Sequence record: NZ_CP021276.1
Strand: one strand, 5' to 3'
Source of the DNA: a plasmid
DNA: 64,000 bases
The notes below the pieces were generated by a model. The model saw only the letters and a program-made list of their open reading frames with translations, searched no databases and was not told the origin of the DNA. Below, one piece after another: positions 58,726-64,000 of this stretch. The stretch's first letter is position 1. Every line of letters begins with the position of its first letter. The position numbers and the translations under genes are program-made.

Positions 58726-58980
58726 TTACTTAAACAAATCAGAATGAGATCCTGTTCTTGATAATCTTAACAACTGCACACAATCATCTTTAATGATTTT
58801 ATAAATTAAAAGCCAATCAGGGGTTATATGACACTCACGATAACCATGCCAATCTCCTGAAAGATTATGATCTTTATGCTTGGGATCTAAAATAGAATCT
58901 AAAAGATCTTTATTTTTCCTCTGCTTTACTATCTTTTTAAGATCACGCTTAAATTGAGTAGCCAGTTCTAATTCAAGCAT
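58726..58980 (-). CDS. yafQ: YafQ-family toxin (RelE superfamily)
   Basis: GYRECHITPDWLLIYKI...RTGSHSDLF matches E. coli YafQ. Confidence 0.8.
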   Translation of the reverse strand: MLELELATQFKRDLKKIVKQRKNKDLLDSILDPKHKDHNLSGDWHGYRECHITPDWLLIYKIIKDDCVQLLRLSRTGSHSDLFK

Positions 58981-59308
58981 TATCTATAGAATTCCAAACA
59001 TCCTTCATTGTTTTAAATCGTTCGCCCTTACCTGACTCAAGCTCTTCAATTGCATCAAGCGTCTTTTTGTTCGGTATTTTTACATCAAATGGAAGACCAT
59101 TTTGAAGACATACTTGACTATAGAAAAGCCGAATAGCCTCAGCAGCAGATAAACCTACTTTATGTAATATCTCTTCCGCCTGTATTTTAAGAGCAGGCTC
59201 AATACGAGCATTAATTGTCGCCGCCTTATTCATGATATTCACTCCAATACTTTTCATAATTAAATTGTATAACAAATGCGTTACATTTTCAATGTTTGTT
59301 TTACACAA
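58973..59308 (-). CDS. dinJ: DinJ-family antitoxin
   Basis: INARIEPALKIQAEEILHKVGLSAAEAIRLF matches DinJ. The true start is probably an internal ATG (~59233). Confidence 0.75.
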   Translation of the reverse strand: MCKTNIENVTHLLYNLIMKSIGVNIMNKAATINARIEPALKIQAEEILHKVGLSAAEAIRLFYSQVCLQNGLPFDVKIPNKKTLDAIEELESGKGERFKTMKDVWNSIDNA

Positions 59309-59634
59309 AGAGGCGTCTAATTACCGATAATCAAGTTGGCCTATGGCTCCTCATAAAAACATCGATTCTGGCCCCACTTTAATCTCGCTCCTTTAAGTAT
59401 CCCTCTGTAGTAATAACAATAAAATAACGTATATTTTATAATTACGTGAAATACATCATGAAATAATTAGGATAGAAGTCGCAAATAAGTATGCCCATTA
59501 TTTTGAGACAGATTTGAAGCCGTAACCTAAACACAGTGTGATTAAGTCAAGACCCGGTTGCTCGACTTTAACTACTCGTAAAAAAAGATTGTACCTGACA
59601 TTGAAATATTAGAATTTTCTAATATAATGACCCT

Positions 59635-59949
59635 ATGAATACATTAATAAACACTAGCCTTGAAGTGATGAAAAATAATGCTTCTAAGGCTGAACAATTA
59701 CTTAAACTTTTAGCCAATTCCAAAAGGCTTCTCATTCTATGCTATCTCCTCAAACAAGAATGCACGGTTGGCGAACTAGAACCCCTTGTCGGTTTGTCTC
59801 AATCTGCGCTTTCACAGCATTTAGCTAAAATGAGGCGCGAAGGTGTACTTTCGGTAAGAAAAGAAGGGACTCGAGTTTATTATTTTATTAGCAAACCCGA
59901 AGTGGAAGCTGTTTTATCAACGCTTTATTTAATTTATTGCAAAGAATAA
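59635..59949 (+). CDS. arsR: ArsR/SmtB-family metalloregulator
   Basis: 104 aa, wHTH (LSQSALSQHLAKMRREGVL). Confidence 0.75.
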   Translation: MNTLINTSLEVMKNNASKAEQLLKLLANSKRLLILCYLLKQECTVGELEPLVGLSQSALSQHLAKMRREGVLSVRKEGTRVYYFISKPEVEAVLSTLYLIYCKE

Positions 59950-59997
59950 AAATCGCTCCATTCATTAGAATACTCTAATGTTTTAAGGATTTCTGTC

Positions 59998-61398
59998 ATG
60001 TTATTAAGTAGTATTACCCCAAGAAAACACAGTGCTTTTATTATTGTAATAAGTGCACTGTCGACTTCTCTTTGCGCAGGCTCGGTACCCATCTCATATT
60101 CTAAAGCGATTCAGCTTGCGCTCGCTAATAACCCTAAAATCCATGCGGCAAACGCTTCAATAGAAGCAGCGGTCGGGGCCTCAAAGCAAGCAAAAAGTAT
60201 GAGTTGGCCACAATTAGACCTTGAGGTAAGCGGAGCAAGGACTGATAATCCGATGTCGGTATTTGGTTATAAACTAAGTCAAGGGAATGCCAGTTTTGCT
60301 GATTTTGGCGCCAATCAATATACTGGACTAAATACCTTATATACCAAGCCTCAAGCATTAAACCACCCAGGATATTATAGTAATCTGGATACTGCGTTTA
60401 AACTAAGCGTTCCTATTTATACTGGAGGAAGAATAAAAGCGCAGCAAGCACAGACGCGTGCTTTAGTTGCATCCGCACAACGTGGCAATCAACAAGCTCA
60501 AAATCAACTGGCGTATGAAGTCTATGTGTCCTATGAGCGTTTTTTAACAGCCAAGGAACTGGTAGGCATCGCTGAAAGACAGGTTGCTCGAGCAAAGGTG
60601 TTTCTGTCAACAACCAAGGACCTAAAAAAGCAATCTATTACCCTAAATAGCGATGTATTAATGGCAGAGGCTTACTTAAACAGCTCTCTTCTTGGTTTAT
60701 CTAATGCAAGAATTCAAACAGAAGATGAACTTGATGGCTTTAGAACGTTGCTTGGTAGTCCCGAAAGCACCTTTATACCAAGTCGGCACACAACCTTGAG
60801 TGCAAAGACAAAACTCAACTTTTTATTGATGACACGAGCAATCAATGATAATCCATCAATTAAAACCCTTCATGCACGTCTTCAAGCAGAAAAAGCGGTA
60901 ATTGCTGCCTCTTTGGCACTCTATAAGCCCCAAGTGTCGATGCAATTAAGACATGATTGGAATGGCAATACCATAGGTTCAGGCCTTCCGTCAGATACGA
61001 TTGCGCTAGGTGCTAACTGGACTTTATTTAGTGCGGGCGAGCGCGCTGGCGCTGTCCAGGTAGCAAGTGCAAATGCAAAAAAAATTCAATTTGAGCTTGA
61101 TGAGCAACGAAATCAGCTGCGATTACAATTAAAGCAAATACGGCGTGCCGAGCAACAAACTCTTTACGAGTTGCAATTAAGTCGACAAACAGCAGAGAAA
61201 GAAGAGGCAGTAATTCAAAAACTAAAGCAGCGATTTGGTCGTGGGTTGGTTCCTCTAAGTGCTTTATTGGAGAGTCAGATGAAACTAACGCAGAGTAAAG
61301 CACAAGAACTGCAAGCGCTTCATCAATCAAGAGTGCATCAAGCCCATTGGCTGATGCTCAGTAATCAACTAATTTCTAAAGCGATAAAAAGCGCATAA
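59998..61398 (+). CDS. czcC: Outer membrane efflux factor (CzcC/TolC family)
   Basis: 466 aa with signal peptide. Same family as the gene at 1949-3196. Confidence 0.75.
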   Translation: MLLSSITPRKHSAFIIVISALSTSLCAGSVPISYSKAIQLALANNPKIHAANASIEAAVGASKQAKSMSWPQLDLEVSGARTDNPMSVFGYKLSQGNASFADFGANQYTGLNTLYTKPQALNHPGYYSNLDTAFKLSVPIYTGGRIKAQQAQTRALVASAQRGNQQAQNQLAYEVYVSYERFLTAKELVGIAERQVARAKVFLSTTKDLKKQSITLNSDVLMAEAYLNSSLLGLSNARIQTEDELDGFRTLLGSPESTFIPSRHTTLSAKTKLNFLLMTRAINDNPSIKTLHARLQAEKAVIAASLALYKPQVSMQLRHDWNGNTIGSGLPSDTIALGANWTLFSAGERAGAVQVASANAKKIQFELDEQRNQLRLQLKQIRRAEQQTLYELQLSRQTAEKEEAVIQKLKQRFGRGLVPLSALLESQMKLTQSKAQELQALHQSRVHQAHWLMLSNQLISKAIKSA

Positions 61399-61399
61399 A

Positions 61400-63175
61400 T
61401 TGATTGTATACCAGGAGACTATGGTGAAGGATGTGTTTTATTCCAAAAATAAGCTCAATAAAGCAGGGCAATTGGCGCGAACCTTTATTCAATCCAAGCT
61501 GACTCTGTTACTGATTGTTGGTATTCTGTTGTTTGGCGTACTTGCCCTAGAACGCACCCCGCGAAGCTATAATCCTGAAATTATTGTTCCAGCAGTAACT
61601 ATTTCTGTGAGTCGCCCTGGTAGTGATAGCCAAGAAATGCTACATCAAATTGTTCGCCCACTAGAAGGGTTGATGGCCTCTATTTCAGGCGTTGAGCATA
61701 CTTACGGGATGGCCATTGATGATAGTGCTATGGTTACGGTTCGCTTTAAAGTGAATGAAAATGAAGAGGCGAGCTTGGTTAAGGTCTATAACCAAATCAA
61801 CAGCAACATGGATAAAATGCCCCCGGGTACTTTAATGCCTTTAATCCGCTCTATCAGTTTGTACGATGTTCCACTAGTGACACTGACATTACATGCTAAA
61901 GGCGCAAATCCAGTTGACTTACGCACGCTTGCCGATAAAGTCTTGGAGGAATTGCGCACCGTACCCCAAGTTGGGAAAAGTTGGGTAATGGGTGCATCAC
62001 CTCAGGCTATTCGTGTCTGGCTGAACCCAAAGCACATGGCAGAGCACGCCATTTCAATTGCCAACATTCAACAAGCCTTCTCTGTTAATAACATCAGTCT
62101 TGACGCAGGAACATTAGAGCATGAATTAAGTGAAACATCTCTTCGCATCGAGGGCTCACTCATTTCCAATCAAGACTTAGCCAACATTATTATTGGAACT
62201 GATGGGGCCAAACCTATTTTATTAAAAGATATTGCGACTATTGAAAAGGGGCCTCAAGATGAAACTATTGCGTCCTATTTTGCCTATGGAGCACACGGCC
62301 CATTGAAGAATGCAGATATAGAACCTGCAGTAACCATTGCTCTTGCACGTCAAAAAGGAAGCAATGGTGTTGATGTAGCAAAAGCACTTTTGAATAAACT
62401 TGAGCAATTACAAAACAGTCAGCTCATTCCAAAAAATATAGATGTCTCAATCACTCGCAATTATGGAGATGAAGCTAATGATGCAGTGAATACTTTGGTC
62501 GAGCACTTAGGGATTGCGATTCTAAGTGTCGTGGTATTGCTGATGGTGTTTTTAGGATGGCGCGAAGCATCAGTGGTTGTTTTTTCTATTCCCTTAATTT
62601 TGTGCCTAGTACTTGGTATTGGCTGGCTATCAGGCCAGACTATCAATCGAATTACTTTGTTTGCGCTCATTCTTTCATTAGGCCTCTTAGTAGACGATAG
62701 CATTGTGGTGATTGAAAACATTCACCGCCATATTATTAAGGGAGTGCAAAAAAACTTTACCCGTTTAGTTATTTATGCAGCCAATGAAATTGGTAAGCCA
62801 ACGATTATTGCTACCTTTACAGTGATGCTGGCGCTACTGCCTATGGATTTTGTAGGTGGAATGATGGGGCCGTTTATGGCGCCTATACCTTTTAATGCGC
62901 CATTGGCAATGATTGTATCCCTCTTTATTGCCTATAGCGTGGTTCCTTATCTTGCTTATCGTTGGTTAAGAACTAAAGCTAAAAAACAAATGAATGAGCA
63001 TCATCAAAGCCATAGCACCTGGTTGCAGCGAGCGTACCTTGTATTATTCAAAGGATTACTTTACTCATCGAAAAAACGACATCTCTTTTATTTGATTATT
63101 GTACTATTGCTCTTCGCGGTATTACTCCAACCTGCCTGGCAATTTATTCGCCCTGCAGGCCTAGTGTGTACGTAG
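61400..63175 (+). pseudogene. RND efflux transporter truncated after ~TM7 (591 aa of an expected ~1050); no MFP gene present
   Basis: AcrB/CzcA N-terminal half (PAVTISVSRPGSDSQEM..., TM4 motif LLVDDSIVVIENIHRH). No continuation in any frame after 63175. Confidence 0.7.
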
Positions 63176-63336
63176 ATCCTGTTTTCGGTCAACATTAGTT
63201 CCCACTTTAAAATTGTAGTTGTCATTTGTTGCCATTTCGCTTACTATCCTATCCAGTTTAAGGCCAAAAATGACCATAATTTCAGGCAAATAGTTCCGCC
63301 TCTAAGCATTATGGGAACTATTAAAGGACCATAGAA

Positions 63337-64000
63337 ATGAGTGATACCAAAAAAATCCGAAAGCCAAAAACAGATACCATTGCTCACCACAATAGCCCTG
63401 ACTTGCTGATTAAGGAAATCAGCATACTTATTGACGAAGCAAAAAATCATGTTGCTCGTGAGTATAATTCTACACAGGCATTGCTCTGTTGGCTAATTGG
63501 TAAACGTATTGATGAAGAGGTTTTAAAATCAGAACGAGCGGAATATGGAGAGACTATAGTCGCCTCATTGTCCACACATTTAACTCATTCATATGGAAAA
63601 GGATATAGCCGACCTAATTTATTTAGAATGATCCGCTTTGCTAAATTCTTCCCAAATCGAGAGATTGTCTCAACACTGTCGAGACAATTGTCTTGGTCTC
63701 ACTTTATTTTAATTTGCGGTATTGATGATGATTTAAAGCGAGACTTTTATGCTGAAATGTGTCGTGTTCAGCGCTGGAGTGTTCGCGCATTACAAAAACA
63801 ATTAAATGGAATGCTGTACGAACGAATAGCACTCAGCAAACAGCCAGAGAGTGTAATTAAATCTCAATTAGACACATTAAAAGATAATGACCTAATGACA
63901 CCAGAGCTCACTTTTAAAGAGCCCTATTTTCTCAATTTTATTGGCGCACATGAGTATCAATCTGAAGAAGATCTAGAAAATTTAATCCTGAATAATATTA
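63337..64000 (+). CDS. DUF1016/YhcG-family protein (PDDEXK nuclease-like), 5' portion; runs off window end
   Basis: MSDTKKIRKPK...YGETIVASLSTHLTHSYGKGYSRPNLFRMIRFAKFF matches the DUF1016 pattern. Not in the ORF track because it has no stop within the window. Confidence 0.6.
   Translation, partial: MSDTKKIRKPKTDTIAHHNSPDLLIKEISILIDEAKNHVAREYNSTQALLCWLIGKRIDEEVLKSERAEYGETIVASLSTHLTHSYGKGYSRPNLFRMIRFAKFFPNREIVSTLSRQLSWSHFILICGIDDDLKRDFYAEMCRVQRWSVRALQKQLNGMLYERIALSKQPESVIKSQLDTLKDNDLMTPELTFKEPYFLNFIGAHEYQSEEDLENLILNNI

Noticed and set aside
1-64000. Search for tRNA/tmRNA genes, tyrosine integrase, att sites and IS elements
   Set aside because: No tRNA-like cloverleaf motif, integrase or transposase was recognised by eye. 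The integration module, if any, is probably outside the window. The only recombinase seen is the small serine recombinase at 51300.

Overview
The window reads as one mobile-element backbone with cargo at both ends. GC content is low; the lvr-type regulatory module, the csrA paralogs and the F-type T4SS together resemble mobile elements described in Legionella, which is an inference.

- 1-3196 (minus strand): a complete heavy-metal RND efflux operon, outer-membrane factor, then membrane-fusion protein, then RND pump (helCBA/czcCBA-like). The pump gene runs off the left edge of the window.
- 3365-5544: a periplasmic solute-binding protein, a 56-aa His-rich lipoprotein, a PepSY protein and a membrane protein.
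- 5600-10700: a plasmid-type maintenance module.
  - An AT-rich candidate oriV with three perfect DnaA boxes and nested palindromes.
  - An IncFII-type repA on the minus strand, with a candidate antisense-RNA terminator facing its leader.
  - About 11 GGTTCAC iterons in the intergenic region.
  - A SopA-like parA, translationally coupled to an unusual parB-like gene. That gene has 9 in-frame 102-bp tandem repeats that carry the same GGTTCAC heptamers, and ends in a C-terminal winged helix-turn-helix.
- 10700-13400: an AT-rich insert with a SAM-dependent methyltransferase and a VUT/YhhQ-like transporter.
- 13400-16100: an lvrRABC-like module. It has a CI/LexA-like repressor with an 18-bp perfect palindromic operator, two replication-like proteins and a csrA paralog.
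- 16100-42445: a nearly complete F-type conjugation region, in this order: traT, traA, L, E, K, B, V, C, trbI, traW, traU, trbC, traN, traF, trbB, traH, G, a traS-like gene, traD, traI.
  - traW is broken by a -1 frameshift in a T7 homopolymer.
  - TraI is 1945 aa and carries a C-terminal TOPRIM/primase-like extension.
- 42450-59300: an AT-rich cargo region. It holds:
  - An oriT nic-like site (GCGAGGGGTGTGTTC) flanked by small RHH-like genes.
  - DUF932.
  - Three toxin-antitoxin pairs: HigBA, HicAB and DinJ-YafQ.
  - A KAP P-loop NTPase.
  - A serine recombinase with a perfect 12-2-12 palindromic crossover-like site upstream, translationally coupled to a WGR-domain protein.
  - A cytoplasmic hybrid histidine kinase convergent with a second csrA paralog.
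  - A MazG-like protein.
- 59635-64000: arsR, then an outer-membrane factor, then an RND pump truncated at 591 aa with no membrane-fusion gene. A partial DUF1016/YhcG gene then runs off the right edge.

No tRNA, rRNA, CRISPR array or tyrosine integrase was recognised.
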